A stretch of DNA of 64,000 nt from a virus: IMG/VR virus record IMGVR_UViG_3300025812_000003; one strand, written 5' to 3'. This document shows positions 23,819-33,830 of this stretch, in pieces. Positions within the stretch are counted from its first letter, which is position 1; every line of letters begins with the position of its first letter. Position numbers and translations under genes: made by a program. The notes under the pieces were generated by a model, which did not search any database, was not told the DNA's origin, and saw nothing but the letters and a program-made list of their open reading frames with translations.

Positions 23819-25611
23819 AGGTCCCCTGCGCTGGGCTTGCTGCCCATCTCTATCCCTTCCCTGTCCTCGTTGAGGTCGATGTCGGCCTGTTCGGGCTTGT
23901 CGACCAGGTCGTATTCCCTGAGCGTCGTCGCGGCGTCCTCCGGGGGGGCCGACGCCGTCTTCCTGCCCGTCTTCTCCATCCCCGGGAATGCCAGGAGCGT
24001 GCCTCCCGTGAGCCCGCAGTGCATGTCGGAGCGGTAGGTGCAGTCGGCGCACTTCGTTGCCCCCATGATGGCGTTCCGTATGCCCAGCTTTCCCTTGAGG
24101 AACTTGCAGTCTATCTGGGACAGGGCGACCTTGGTGCCTTTCTCCTTAAGGGAGGCGACGAACGCCTTGACCGCCCGGCCCGCCTGCACGGACCCAACCT
24201 TGAGGCTTCCCTTCCTGTAGATTTCGTCCAGGGAAGCGCCGTCCTTGTGCATCGCCTCCACCGCCTCGGGATCGAACTCCGCCGAGGCCTCCTGGCGGAG
24301 CTCCCGGACGTTCTCGATGGTCCTTTGCGACGTCTTGGCGAAGGGGCGCGGGGCTGGCGTTGCCGCCACCGCCCGCTGCGGCTCGCGGTTGGCGATCTGG
24401 ATCAATGCCGCCCGCTTGGACTTTGCCGGGACGCCGGCCGTCATCCTGTTGACGATGGGGGCCAGCTCGGCGGCATTGGAGACCACCGGCAGGTGGTAGA
24501 GGTTGCACGTCTTGTCCCTGAAGAAGGCGCAGCCCTCGCAGGCGGCGACCTTCTTGACGCTCTGGGCGCGGGGGACGATGCCCGCCGCCTTCCAGGCATT
24601 GTGCTGGCGCACGCAGTCGGCGCTGGTGGCTACTGAACCAGTCTTCGGCTTGACGGTCAGGATTTTCTTGCACTCGGGGCAGTAGTGGTTCCCCTCCCGC
24701 TTCTCCGGCGTCACGTCCTTGTTGCAGTGCGGGCAGGGGTCCTTCTTGGACTCGGCGGTCTTGGAGGCCGTGCGGAACTTCGCGGCGCACTCGTTGCAGT
24801 AGTAGGCCTTGAACGGCTCGCCTTCCAGGTCGGCGAAGTCCCCGATGGCATTCCTTTGCTCTCCGGAAACACCTTCGATGCCTTCTCCAAACAGCTTAGT
24901 TTCGCCACATCCCATGCACTCGGCGTAGAACGGCGGCCCGGTGACGGGCTGGATGTTCATCGCCCGCTTCCCGATGCCACCCACTTTCTCCCGCTCGTAG
25001 GTCGGGCTTTGGTAGGGCATGTAGGCGTTGGGCTCCAGGTAGGCCAAACCCAGCAGCCCGGCGTTCTGGTTGAGGTAGCTCATGCCCATGTTGTCCTTCT
25101 TGTTGAGCAGCTCTATCTCCCCTATCTTCTTGAGCCGTTCCGCCACCTTGGCCGGGGGCGCGCCCTGGTTGAGCAGGTCGCGGACGTACCTCTTGACCTC
25201 CTCGTCCGTCACGTTCCTCTTCTCGACTGACGCCTCGCTCTCCGCCTTGCCGAGGGACATCGTCACTTCCTCGAACAGGGACTCGTCGCTCCCTCGCTCG
25301 TTCTCGTAGTCCTCGGGCCTTGCGGCCAGGCGGGTCCGCGCCCTCTGGCCAGCCCCCAGGCGGGGGGCGGCAGCGTCCTTCTCCGACAGCCGGTTCAGGA
25401 GCACAGCGCTCTTGCTGTTGCTGGGGAGCTGGGTATGGCGGCTGGACCCTTCCGCGATCTCGTCGAGGAAGCCCTCGTCGACGTACTGGTGCGTACGGTC
25501 TAGCTGCTCCTTCCCGGACTTCTCCGCATCGGCGAGCCCCGCGTCTTCCCACGAAGGATCCCTCTCGTCCAAGATGGCGTCGATGATCGAACTGTATTCT
25601 TTGTCAGCCAT
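23815..25611 (-). CDS. hypothetical multi-zinc-finger protein
   Basis: Several CxxC pairs (CMGC, CNEC, CPHC, CPEC, CEGC, CADC) and KTA motifs. Confidence 0.8.
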   Translation of the reverse strand: MADKEYSSIIDAILDERDPSWEDAGLADAEKSGKEQLDRTHQYVDEGFLDEIAEGSSRHTQLPSNSKSAVLLNRLSEKDAAAPRLGAGQRARTRLAARPEDYENERGSDESLFEEVTMSLGKAESEASVEKRNVTDEEVKRYVRDLLNQGAPPAKVAERLKKIGEIELLNKKDNMGMSYLNQNAGLLGLAYLEPNAYMPYQSPTYEREKVGGIGKRAMNIQPVTGPPFYAECMGCGETKLFGEGIEGVSGEQRNAIGDFADLEGEPFKAYYCNECAAKFRTASKTAESKKDPCPHCNKDVTPEKREGNHYCPECKKILTVKPKTGSVATSADCVRQHNAWKAAGIVPRAQSVKKVAACEGCAFFRDKTCNLYHLPVVSNAAELAPIVNRMTAGVPAKSKRAALIQIANREPQRAVAATPAPRPFAKTSQRTIENVRELRQEASAEFDPEAVEAMHKDGASLDEIYRKGSLKVGSVQAGRAVKAFVASLKEKGTKVALSQIDCKFLKGKLGIRNAIMGATKCADCTYRSDMHCGLTGGTLLAFPGMEKTGRKTASAPPEDAATTLREYDLVDKPEQADIDLNEDREGIEMGSKPSAGDL

Positions 25612-25629
25612 TTTAAGCCCCTTTTTCCC

Positions 25630-25938
25630 TCAGAACGTCAAGTCCCCCAGCAGCCCGTCCAGGAACTCGCCCGGATCGTCCTCCGGGGCGGCGGCCAGGC
25701 TGTCGCCGTTGTCCACCTCGTCCCCGACGAGCCTGACTATCCTGTTCCCCCGTATCTTCCAGAAGTCCTTCTTGGACTCGCATATGAAGGCGTTCCCCGC
25801 GACCCTCCAGAGCCCCATGGAGGCGGCCTTCCTCATGGCCTCCCCACCCAGCGGCTCGCCTGGCGCATGGGCGAAGGGCCACTGGGCCCCCATACCGAAC
25901 GGCTCCTGCATCCTCAGCCTGCCCATGCCCATCCTCAC
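25630..25938 (-). CDS. hypothetical protein, first gene of the minus-strand operon
   Basis: ORF with coding bias next to an AT-rich divergent promoter region. Confidence 0.65.
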   Translation of the reverse strand: MRMGMGRLRMQEPFGMGAQWPFAHAPGEPLGGEAMRKAASMGLWRVAGNAFICESKKDFWKIRGNRIVRLVGDEVDNGDSLAAAPEDDPGEFLDGLLGDLTF

Positions 25939-26032
25939 ATATACGATTGGCTAGTCGAATTTTTCGTTTCCAAACCCTATTTTCTGTGACGGGCGAAAGA
26001 AAAGCGCAACCATTCTCCGCATTCGCGGTATT

Positions 26033-26656
26033 ATGACAATGCAGAAAATCGCCACAGCATGGAGAAACCCGATGTTCGACCCGAAGATGCACGAGAAGTG
26101 CGACGCGTACGGCAAGGACCTGCTTGAGGAGTTCCTGCTGCAGCGGGGCGTGGAGATCGGATTCCGGGATCAGGAGGACTTCTACGAGCACGGCGACATG
26201 CTGGTCTACTTCGGGGAAAGGGGGCGCAAGCTCGGCCTCCTCTCCGCCGTCGCCACGATAGAGGCGGAGGTGAGGGGGGCGGAGGGCCCGTCCCCGTGGG
26301 TCGAGGACTCCGTTCCCGGGCACCCCTACAGGTTCTCGTTCCCCACCGTTTCGGTTGAGGAGCGCAAGGCCAGGGCCCCCCATGCGATACTCCAGGTCAG
26401 CTTCGACTTCCAGACCCCGAACGCGACCGTGGAGCTGATGAAGGACGCCAGCAACGAGGCATGGTGGGAGTACGTCGACACGGAGAAGAGGGGGCGGGAG
26501 AGGATGGCCCGCATCCCCCGGTACCGCTGCCTCCTCATCCATAAAACGAACGGTATTTGGCAGGTGTGCCCCCGATGCAACGCGGAGGGGGAAGGAAGGA
26601 GCGAGAGCCAGGAAATCCTGCTCCAGCTCCTGTGGCCGGAGGGCGTCGGCTGGTGA
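26033..26656 (+). CDS. hypothetical protein, possible PD-(D/E)XK-like nuclease
   Basis: HGDML..IEAEVR pattern; directly upstream of a DNA MTase; start may be 26039. Confidence 0.5.
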   Translation: MTMQKIATAWRNPMFDPKMHEKCDAYGKDLLEEFLLQRGVEIGFRDQEDFYEHGDMLVYFGERGRKLGLLSAVATIEAEVRGAEGPSPWVEDSVPGHPYRFSFPTVSVEERKARAPHAILQVSFDFQTPNATVELMKDASNEAWWEYVDTEKRGRERMARIPRYRCLLIHKTNGIWQVCPRCNAEGEGRSESQEILLQLLWPEGVGW

Positions 26657-27873
26657 TAGAACCCATAGTCCCGGACTTCGGATCAAGGCCCTACCAAATC
26701 TACGAGGGGGATGCCATGGAGACCCTGCGGCGGCTCGCGGCGGGCGGCGTCCTCTTCGACTGCGTGGTGACGAGCCCCCCGTACTACCAGCAGAGAAGGT
26801 ATGGGAAGGACCCGAGGGAGTCTGGCCAGGAGCCGGACGTTTCCTCCTTCGTGGCCTCCCTGGTCGGCCTTTTCGGCGAGGTGCCCCTGCGCCCGTGGGC
26901 GAACGTATGGGTGAACATCGGCGACAAGAGGAAGGACGGTGCCCTGCTCGCCGTTCCCGACCGGTTCTTCGTCGCCATGCGGGATGCGGGGTTCTTCCTC
27001 CTGGACGAGGTCGTATGGGCCAAGGAAGTGGTCCTGGCGGACGGGACGAGCGTCGGGAGGTGCATGACGGACCCTGCGGGCGGGAGGCTGAACGGCAACG
27101 GATGGGAGCCCCTGTTCCGCTTCGCCAGGCATCCCGGGAAGGCATGGTCGGACGTGAGCGCCGTGCGCATCCCGAGGGACGCCAAGAGGTTCTTCCACAA
27201 GGGCACCGAGGGCATGGTGGGCAAGGACCCGAAAGGGGGCGGGGGGACGGGCCTTCCCGTCGAGCAGCACCGGTACAGCGCCAGCATGAGGTGCGTCACC
27301 TCCCTGGAGGGCAGGGTGCCCTCGTCCGTGTGGCAGATAGGCACCTCCAGGAGCGGGAGGGGGCATTTTTCCTCATTCCCCAGGGAGCTCGTGGAGCGCC
27401 CCGTCGCCATGACGTGCCCGGAGTATCTTGTTGACGACGGGGGGGAGATCAGGCCCAGGGAACGAATCGTCGAGCAGACCGAGTACTACGAGGGGCCGGG
27501 CAAGGGAAAGAGGATATTCGGTCAGTACTCGCTCCTGAACGAGCACAGCGGGAGCCCTGCCCCAGCGGGCGAGGGGGCGGAGGAGAGGGACGCCGCCACG
27601 AGGGAGAAGGCCGGGAGGGCGGACTATGCCCGGCAGTACATACCGAGGTATCCCAAGACCCTGGGCTGGACGCACGCTGACAAGCCCCTGGCGGGTCCCG
27701 GCATCGTGCTCGACCCGTTCGTGGGCACCGGAACGACGGGCGAGGTCGCCATCCTGCTGGGCCGCAGGTTCGTGGGCATCGACCTGTACCCGGAGTCCGT
27801 CAGCCAGGCGACCGGAAGGTGCGAGAAGGCATTCGAGGAGTTCAGGTCGTGCATGGACGGCGGCAGGATGTGA
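26653..27873 (+). CDS. N4-cytosine DNA methyltransferase (beta class)
   Basis: VTSPPYY catalytic motif, VNIGD, HFSSFP.ELVERP, VLDPFVGTGTTG; GTGA overlap. Confidence 0.9.
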   Translation: MIEPIVPDFGSRPYQIYEGDAMETLRRLAAGGVLFDCVVTSPPYYQQRRYGKDPRESGQEPDVSSFVASLVGLFGEVPLRPWANVWVNIGDKRKDGALLAVPDRFFVAMRDAGFFLLDEVVWAKEVVLADGTSVGRCMTDPAGGRLNGNGWEPLFRFARHPGKAWSDVSAVRIPRDAKRFFHKGTEGMVGKDPKGGGGTGLPVEQHRYSASMRCVTSLEGRVPSSVWQIGTSRSGRGHFSSFPRELVERPVAMTCPEYLVDDGGEIRPRERIVEQTEYYEGPGKGKRIFGQYSLLNEHSGSPAPAGEGAEERDAATREKAGRADYARQYIPRYPKTLGWTHADKPLAGPGIVLDPFVGTGTTGEVAILLGRRFVGIDLYPESVSQATGRCEKAFEEFRSCMDGGRM

Positions 27874-27928
27874 TTGCTTGCTGCGGAAAACAATGGATTC
27901 ACATCCCTAGTTCTTTCAAGGGTTTGAG

Positions 27929-28339
27929 ATGAAAAATACGAAGCGGATCATCCAAACGACAGCAGCGGTTTTAACCCTGCTCTGGATACTGTTACCATAT
28001 AGCTATTGTACAAAACTACCGTGGCTTGTGTGGCTTCTTTTGATACCCAACGGCTATTGCCTAGCGATGTGGTCGCCCTGGCGGACCGGCTGGCGTCTTA
28101 CGATGCTCGGGGTAACCCTGAACATGGCTGTCTGCGCCCGCAATCATTGGCTGATGCCAGCCCTATCCAGCGTGCCGTTGGCCGATGGCCTGCACGTTCA
28201 GTTGAGCAGCAAGGCCCATCTGGTGTTCCTGGCGGACATCATCGGGAAGCCCAACGCATGCCTGAGCATCGGCGACGTGTTCATAGTGGTCGGATTATCC
28301 ACAGTCGGAGGACTGTGGCTCCGTAGCAAGATGAAATGA
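27929..28339 (+). CDS. membrane protein, DUF5317-like
   Basis: Hydrophobic segments; G..LN..V...N..MP, FLADII, SIGDVFI. Confidence 0.65.
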   Translation: MKNTKRIIQTTAAVLTLLWILLPYSYCTKLPWLVWLLLIPNGYCLAMWSPWRTGWRLTMLGVTLNMAVCARNHWLMPALSSVPLADGLHVQLSSKAHLVFLADIIGKPNACLSIGDVFIVVGLSTVGGLWLRSKMK

Positions 28340-28447
28340 CCACTGGGGGCTTTCTAAAATGGCGATTTTTCTGGTTTTGTGGTATTGTCCGTAGCCGGGA
28401 ACGGCAGGTTTCCCGGCACCTTTCATCAACCCACTGGAGGTCACACA

Positions 28448-29062
28448 ATGGACGACGTCCGTAGCAATGTCCCAGCATCCCTTCCGTCAATCCCCTCGAA
28501 GAAGGAGCCTGAAAAGGCCGAAGAAGCTCCAAACAAACCCAATCGTTTCTTGCAGATAGCTCCCGACAAGATGGAGCTGCTGGAAGACATCGTGAACGAG
28601 CTCAATGACCGCAGGGAGGCCCAGGAAAGGAGGATGGCCAGGAAGATAGCGGAGGCCCTCCTCGACATCCTGGCCGAGCAGCCCGAAAAGCTGAAGGCCA
28701 TACTGCTTTCCCTTGGGATCATTGGCGACAAGGAGGCCAAGCCCACGAGCTCGCCTCGCCCAATCCCCGAGTCGGTCCCCGAGCTGGTCCCCGAGCCGGT
28801 GGCGGAGAACCCCAGCCACGAGATCGCCCCGCCCGAGGACAAGCCCGCTCCGTCCGCCGCTCCCGAGAAGGAGGAAAGGCCTCCCCAGGCTAAGAGGGGC
28901 TCCCCGGAGTACAAGGCCAGAAAGAAGTTCGACCAGAAGAACTACGAGCGCAGGAAGAAGGGGCTTCCCCCCCTTCCCAGGCCCGCCTCCTGGACCATCC
29001 CGGGGACGGCGTCCCCGGAAAACGAGGAAGGCTCGGCCCAGGATGTTCCGGAGGATGGCTAA
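28448..29062 (+). CDS. hypothetical Pro/Glu-rich protein
   Basis: GGAGG RBS before ATG 28448. Confidence 0.7.
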   Translation: MDDVRSNVPASLPSIPSKKEPEKAEEAPNKPNRFLQIAPDKMELLEDIVNELNDRREAQERRMARKIAEALLDILAEQPEKLKAILLSLGIIGDKEAKPTSSPRPIPESVPELVPEPVAENPSHEIAPPEDKPAPSAAPEKEERPPQAKRGSPEYKARKKFDQKNYERRKKGLPPLPRPASWTIPGTASPENEEGSAQDVPEDG

Positions 29063-29169
29063 CTACTTTATTTATAAGCATTTAAGGTAAATCTTCATTT
29101 TGCGGGAAAACTCGGGGCGGACCGCTGAAAATAGCGTTCGCCCCCGTCCGTCCCCCTCCCAAGGGGGCC

Positions 29170-29973
29170 GTGGCGGCGGCCAAGGAAGGATACTCGGGGG
29201 ATGCGTTCTACGTGTCCGGGGATGGGCACTTCGTCGGGGACGACGGGTTTACGGTGCCGTGCGACTTCGGGGAGTTCTACGAGCGCTTCCCCAACTACGT
29301 CCGCAACTGGGTGAAAAAAAGGCTGTATTCCCATGCCTCGGACGAGGACATCGAGGACTGGGCCCAGGACCTCCTCATCCACCTCCAGTTCCTTCCCTCG
29401 GAGTCCAAGCACCGCGAGGCCGGGAAGAAGGACGTGATCCAGACCTTCGACCCGTTCAAGCAGTACGGGGCCTCCGAAAGGAGGTTCAGGAACTACATCA
29501 ACTTTTGCCTCGGTAACAAGTTCCGCACGGTCGGGAGCAAGTTCTCCAGGAACCCGCTGAGCCATAGGGACAACATGTCCTTTACATGCGAGGACGAGGG
29601 GGAGAACGACATGCAGGGCCCGAACGCCTCCAGCGAGTACGTCTACAAGCATTCGGCGTGGCTCTCGAAGGGCAGTCAGAGGCTGTTCAAGAAGCAGGAG
29701 GATCGCATCCTGGCCTCGGAGTTCATCGACTTCGTGGCCGGAAGGGAGCCCTCGGTCGCCCCCTTCCTGCACGCCGTGGAGGAGGCCGGGGGGAGCTTCG
29801 CCGACGCCCGGCGTTTCTGGTGCATGACCTGCCAGGGCCTCGCCAACACCGTGGCGATCAGGTCCGGGCTGCACGAGGGGCACGCCATCGGGATCGACCA
29901 GAAGCTGTTCAACCGGTTCAGGAACAAAGTCAGGGAACTGGCTGCGAGGTTTGCGGAAAGGAAGGGAAGCTGA
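29170..29973 (+). CDS. putative phage sigma-factor-like protein
   Basis: EDIEDWAQDLL..TFDP....FRNYINFCLGNK resembles sigma70/ECF region 2; basic C-terminal helix. Confidence 0.45.
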   Translation: MAAAKEGYSGDAFYVSGDGHFVGDDGFTVPCDFGEFYERFPNYVRNWVKKRLYSHASDEDIEDWAQDLLIHLQFLPSESKHREAGKKDVIQTFDPFKQYGASERRFRNYINFCLGNKFRTVGSKFSRNPLSHRDNMSFTCEDEGENDMQGPNASSEYVYKHSAWLSKGSQRLFKKQEDRILASEFIDFVAGREPSVAPFLHAVEEAGGSFADARRFWCMTCQGLANTVAIRSGLHEGHAIGIDQKLFNRFRNKVRELAARFAERKGS

Positions 29974-29975
29974 GC

Positions 29976-30302
29976 ATGCCGGACAGGCCGAAGTGCGGGC
30001 ATTGCGGGGAGCCGCTGGGCGGGAGGTACGGAGGCAGAGGGGAATACGCCTACATAAGGTGCGGATGCGAGGGGCAGGTGATCGAGTTGGCGAAGGACAT
30101 CTGCCAGACCGACTACGGGAGGCGGACCCTCTGGTCCGCCTTTGCGGGCGACCAGAGTGAGTATACGCCGGTGTACCCCTGCATCGTGGGCGGCAGGAGG
30201 GTCCGGGACGTGTTCCGCTACTTGGTCGGAACGTTGGACGACGACATCAACTGGAAGAGGGTGTTCGAGGCCGTATTCGGGAAGCACGAGGGGAGGCTGT
30301 GA
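29976..30302 (+). CDS. hypothetical protein (CxxC)
   Basis: ATG 3 nt after the previous stop; KCGHCG. Confidence 0.6.
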   Translation: MPDRPKCGHCGEPLGGRYGGRGEYAYIRCGCEGQVIELAKDICQTDYGRRTLWSAFAGDQSEYTPVYPCIVGGRRVRDVFRYLVGTLDDDINWKRVFEAVFGKHEGRL

Positions 30303-30381
30303 CGGTATGAAATGCTATGTGACCTCAAAAAACCCCCGAAAACCGACCTCCTTCGCGGTATAGTATAAGCGGAGGACGAAC

Positions 30382-30843
30382 GTGGACCACATGATAACGC
30401 TTGTCTACCTGAAAATCCAGCCTGCCAGCAAGCCGCTGACTCTGGTCTATTCCGGGATTCTTGTCTACGATGGGCACTTCAAGAAAAAGAGTGCCGCATG
30501 CCACCTCTCCGTATACGATGGCTCCGACCTGCGCGTGCTGGTCGCCACGGAAATTCCCGAGAACGAGGGGCTCAGCATCACCAACGGTATAGAGTACGTC
30601 GCCGTGGCGGCGGAGGAACTGCTCAAGCTTTCCCACGTCTTCGGCAAGCGCGGGGCCGACAAGCCGTCCGTCCTGATCGAGCACTACACACCCGAAAGCT
30701 ACGAGGGAAGGGGCCGCGGGGAGGACTTCTCCGTGATCGGGTTCGGGGCGGAGAAATGCCGCATGCGGTACTACGGGGAACCGGAATGGACGCCCATCGG
30801 CAGGGCGGAGGTCGAACGCCTGATCGGGAGGGGCCTTGCCTAA
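30382..30843 (+). CDS. hypothetical protein
   Basis: GGAGG RBS with GTG start, upstream GGTATAGT; VATEIPENEGLSITNGIE. Confidence 0.7.
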   Translation: MDHMITLVYLKIQPASKPLTLVYSGILVYDGHFKKKSAACHLSVYDGSDLRVLVATEIPENEGLSITNGIEYVAVAAEELLKLSHVFGKRGADKPSVLIEHYTPESYEGRGRGEDFSVIGFGAEKCRMRYYGEPEWTPIGRAEVERLIGRGLA

Positions 30844-31414
30844 GGAACCCAAGGAAACGTTCTCCGTCCCCGGCCCGTCCTTCGGGCCGCTGTCCATCGT
30901 CCTGTGGGACGACCCCATCCTGTCCACGCCCTGCCCTCCGGTCTACCCGGAGGAGTTCGGGGAGGGCCTGAAAGACCTCGGAGAGAGGATGCTAAAAAGT
31001 TTGGGGTCAAACGGGATAGGGCTATCTGGTCCGCAGGTCGGCATATCCAAGAAAATATTCGTGATGGACCTTAAAAAGATTGAAAGCAAAGGCAAGGGAG
31101 TTATCATAGCGGTCAATCCAATGGTGGCTCCTTTTGGGAAGTACGAGATGCAAAACGAACAATGCCTTTCCCTACCGGGAATCAACGTGCCAGTGAATAG
31201 GCAAAACCAATGTACACTGACGTACCACGACCCATTAACAGGTGAAATGAAAATCCTGGAGCTATCCGGATTGGTCGCACGATGCGCGCAACATGAAAAC
31301 GATCATCTTTTGGGCAAGCTGATTATTGACAGAACCACCCGCCAATGCAAGCGAGCGGCGCTTAGGCGACTAAAGAGTCAGAATGCTCGGCGACTGCCTT
31401 GCAAAGCCCAATGA
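30836..31414 (+). CDS. def: peptide deformylase
   Basis: GIGLSGPQVG, EQCLS and QHENDHLLG motifs. Confidence 0.93.
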   Translation: MPKEPKETFSVPGPSFGPLSIVLWDDPILSTPCPPVYPEEFGEGLKDLGERMLKSLGSNGIGLSGPQVGISKKIFVMDLKKIESKGKGVIIAVNPMVAPFGKYEMQNEQCLSLPGINVPVNRQNQCTLTYHDPLTGEMKILELSGLVARCAQHENDHLLGKLIIDRTTRQCKRAALRRLKSQNARRLPCKAQ

Positions 31415-31460
31415 AAGCGGTTCACGGTGGTATGCGAGAAGGGTCCGAAAAAGGAGAAAA

Positions 31461-31748
31461 ATGAAGCCCCAAAAAGCGAAGGCGAAGCCCAAGCCTAAGC
31501 TGTACCTCCTGGTCTACATCGGGCCGCTGGGCCTGAGCTGGACCGAGATAAGGGTACTGGCCAAGCCGCCGGAGAGCCTCTATTCCATCGGTCGCGGCGA
31601 GGGGCAGGCGCTCCTGTTCAAGCTGGACAAGTTCGACTGCTCCACCGAGTTCTTCGAGGCGCTCATGAATGGCCAAGTGGCTGCGGACCTTGCCAATTTC
31701 CACTTCAGGGTTAACGTCGAGAATGCGATAAAGGCATCAAAAGACTAG
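31461..31748 (+). CDS. hypothetical protein
   Basis: AAGGAG RBS before ATG 31461. Confidence 0.65.
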   Translation: MKPQKAKAKPKPKLYLLVYIGPLGLSWTEIRVLAKPPESLYSIGRGEGQALLFKLDKFDCSTEFFEALMNGQVAADLANFHFRVNVENAIKASKD

Positions 31749-31760
31749 CTGGGGGAAAAC

Positions 31761-31931
31761 ATGACCACGATCACGAAGTAAATCGGCACCAACAAGGTGG
31801 AGGCCAACAGGCGCACCGTTGACGAATCCGTATACGTCCGCATTACCTCCAAGGACAACGACAACGTTTACCTGGAATTGGACGAGCTCAGGCAGGTCGT
31901 CGCCCTGGCAAAGGCTGTGGAGAAGGCGTAG
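31761..31931 (+). pseudogene. small gene with an in-frame TAA at codon 7
   Basis: GGGGG RBS and ATG; reads MTTITK*IGTNKVEAN..AVEKA* and fills the gap up to the PNK start. Confidence 0.5.
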
Positions 31932-31934
31932 AAA

Positions 31935-33017
31935 ATGAGCAAGGAATCGTTCTCGCATCAGTTCGTCGACTACGCGGCGGGGAGGAAGAACCCCCCGCAG
32001 CTCACCGTGATGGTGGGGCCCGCCGGGTCGGGAAAGTCCACTGTGGCGAAGGCATGGGTCAACTGGGGGCAGGGCAAGGTCATACGGTTCAACCGGGACT
32101 CCCTCCGCTCCATGCTGTTCGGCGACTCCCCGTGGAACCACAGGAACGAGGACTTCGTTCGCAAGTACGAGGAGAATGGCGTGCGGCTGGCCCTGAGCAG
32201 GGGGCTCAGCGCCATCGTGGACGACACCAACTGCACCGCCCGCCGCCGCCTCAGATGGGAGCGGATGGCCAGGGCGTCCAGGGCGGCGTTCGACCTCGTC
32301 CTGATGAACGCATCCGAGAAGGAATGCATCGAGAGGAACAAGGGGAGGACGGGAAAGGAGTGCGTCCCCGAGGAGGCCATAAGGCGGCAGTTCCAGAGGC
32401 TGCGGGAAGCGCCCGTGGTGCCCGCCGGATACGAGATCGTGGAGTTCAACCGGGCCGTGTGCGACTGGCAGGCCCTCCTGGCGACCGGGACCGGAGACGG
32501 GCTCGTCCTGCGGCTCCCCGAGGCCCAGGTCGTGTTCTGCGACGTGGACGGGACGCTTGCCGACCACGAGGGCGTGAGGGACCAGTACGACGAGAGCAAG
32601 GTCCTGCTGGACAGGTGCCGGGAGCCCGTGGCGGCATGGCTCAGGGCGCTCTACCCGACCCACAACATCATCATCGTAAGCGGGCGGCACGACACCTGCT
32701 GCGCCGACACCTGCGATTGGCTGGAGGCCAGCCGGGCCCCCTTCGACTTCATCTTCATGCGGCCTGCGGGATCGGACGTCTCGGACCACATCGTCAAGCA
32801 GAACATCCTGGATGCCGTCCTGGCCTGGATTCCGAAGGATCGCATAGCCTTCGCCATCGACGACCGCCCCAAGGTCGTCGAGCAGGTATGGAGGGCGAAC
32901 GGCATCAAGGCCTACCCCGTGGGCGGGACCATCGAGCATTCCGCGACGTGCCCGTTCGAGGCGGACGGCAAGGGCTGGCGTCGCTGCCCCGGATGCGGGG
33001 CGCTGGAGGATTTTTAG
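31935..33017 (+). CDS. pseT: polynucleotide 5'-kinase / 3'-phosphatase (T4 PseT-like)
   Basis: GPAGSGKST, NRDSLR and DDTN kinase motifs; HAD motifs CDVDGTLA, VSGR, IDDRP. Confidence 0.9.
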   Translation: MSKESFSHQFVDYAAGRKNPPQLTVMVGPAGSGKSTVAKAWVNWGQGKVIRFNRDSLRSMLFGDSPWNHRNEDFVRKYEENGVRLALSRGLSAIVDDTNCTARRRLRWERMARASRAAFDLVLMNASEKECIERNKGRTGKECVPEEAIRRQFQRLREAPVVPAGYEIVEFNRAVCDWQALLATGTGDGLVLRLPEAQVVFCDVDGTLADHEGVRDQYDESKVLLDRCREPVAAWLRALYPTHNIIIVSGRHDTCCADTCDWLEASRAPFDFIFMRPAGSDVSDHIVKQNILDAVLAWIPKDRIAFAIDDRPKVVEQVWRANGIKAYPVGGTIEHSATCPFEADGKGWRRCPGCGALEDF

Positions 33018-33162
33018 GAATTTTCGAGGAACTCTCGATGATTATCAATGGCAAGTCGTACCCGATGAACACTTGGCTGTACATACGCAGCCGGTTCCTA
33101 TTTCAGTACCTCTGGATGAAGCACAACTTTCCGACACTCGCCAGATACTACTGGGAGGCTTG

Positions 33163-33342
33163 ATGGCAGGAAACGAATTGCACATCTCGGAAAGCGAGCC
33201 ACCATCTTCTTCCCCCGAGACCGTCCTCGTCAGGGCGGTCAACGGGGCCACGGGAAGGGTGGTGTACTTGCGGCTGTCAAGGAAGTGGTACGAGGAAATC
33301 CTATTCTTTTCGGGAGGATACAATGAAGAACCAGAAGCATGA
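33163..33342 (+). CDS. hypothetical protein
   Basis: GGGAGG RBS, TGATG coupling. Confidence 0.5.
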   Translation: MAGNELHISESEPPSSSPETVLVRAVNGATGRVVYLRLSRKWYEEILFFSGGYNEEPEA

Positions 33343-33613
33343 CAGGATCGCCGCCGAGGCGTTGGTCGAGGTCGTAAAGCTCACCGAAGCGGTGGAGTGT
33401 GCGGCATGCCACAACAAGGGCGGCCTGTTCCTGCGCCTCTCCCAGGAGGTGCCGAACTGCGCCGGGACGAAGCCGATACCGGTCGTGGCCTATGTCCACC
33501 TCGACTGCATCATCGCGGAGGTCAACATGGGCAGCGGCCGGGTCGTCCGGGCGTCGCGGGCGGGGGACCGGATAGTGTGCCTCCTGGGCGAGCCGCCGGA
33601 CTACGATTCCTGA
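33323..33613 (+). CDS. hypothetical protein
   Basis: GGGAGG RBS; CAAC. Confidence 0.6.
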   Translation: MKNQKHDRIAAEALVEVVKLTEAVECAACHNKGGLFLRLSQEVPNCAGTKPIPVVAYVHLDCIIAEVNMGSGRVVRASRAGDRIVCLLGEPPDYDS

Positions 33614-33626
33614 AAGGTGGCCTCCG

Positions 33627-33830
33627 ATGAAAAGCCACACGCTTAGCACCCTGAGGCGGGCCCTGGCCAGGGGCAACAAGGTGGCCGTGGGATGGTTCCT
33701 CGCTCCGGATGGCGGGACGATAAGCGAGGGGAAGACATTCTCCGATTATCCGTCATTAAAAGCCTATGTTAAAGTCAACGGCTTCCATGGCGACTGCTTT
33801 GTAATTAGAAACGAGAAGAAGGGGCAATGA
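33627..33830 (+). CDS. hypothetical protein
   Basis: Operon packing. Confidence 0.55.
   Translation: MKSHTLSTLRRALARGNKVAVGWFLAPDGGTISEGKTFSDYPSLKAYVKVNGFHGDCFVIRNEKKGQ

Noticed and set aside
15425-24037. Long plus-strand ORFs (e.g. 15425-17608, 21173-22771, 22829-24037) and similar antisense ORFs elsewhere
   Set aside because: Antisense shadows typical of high-GC coding DNA; no motifs or RBS, and they overlap better-supported genes.
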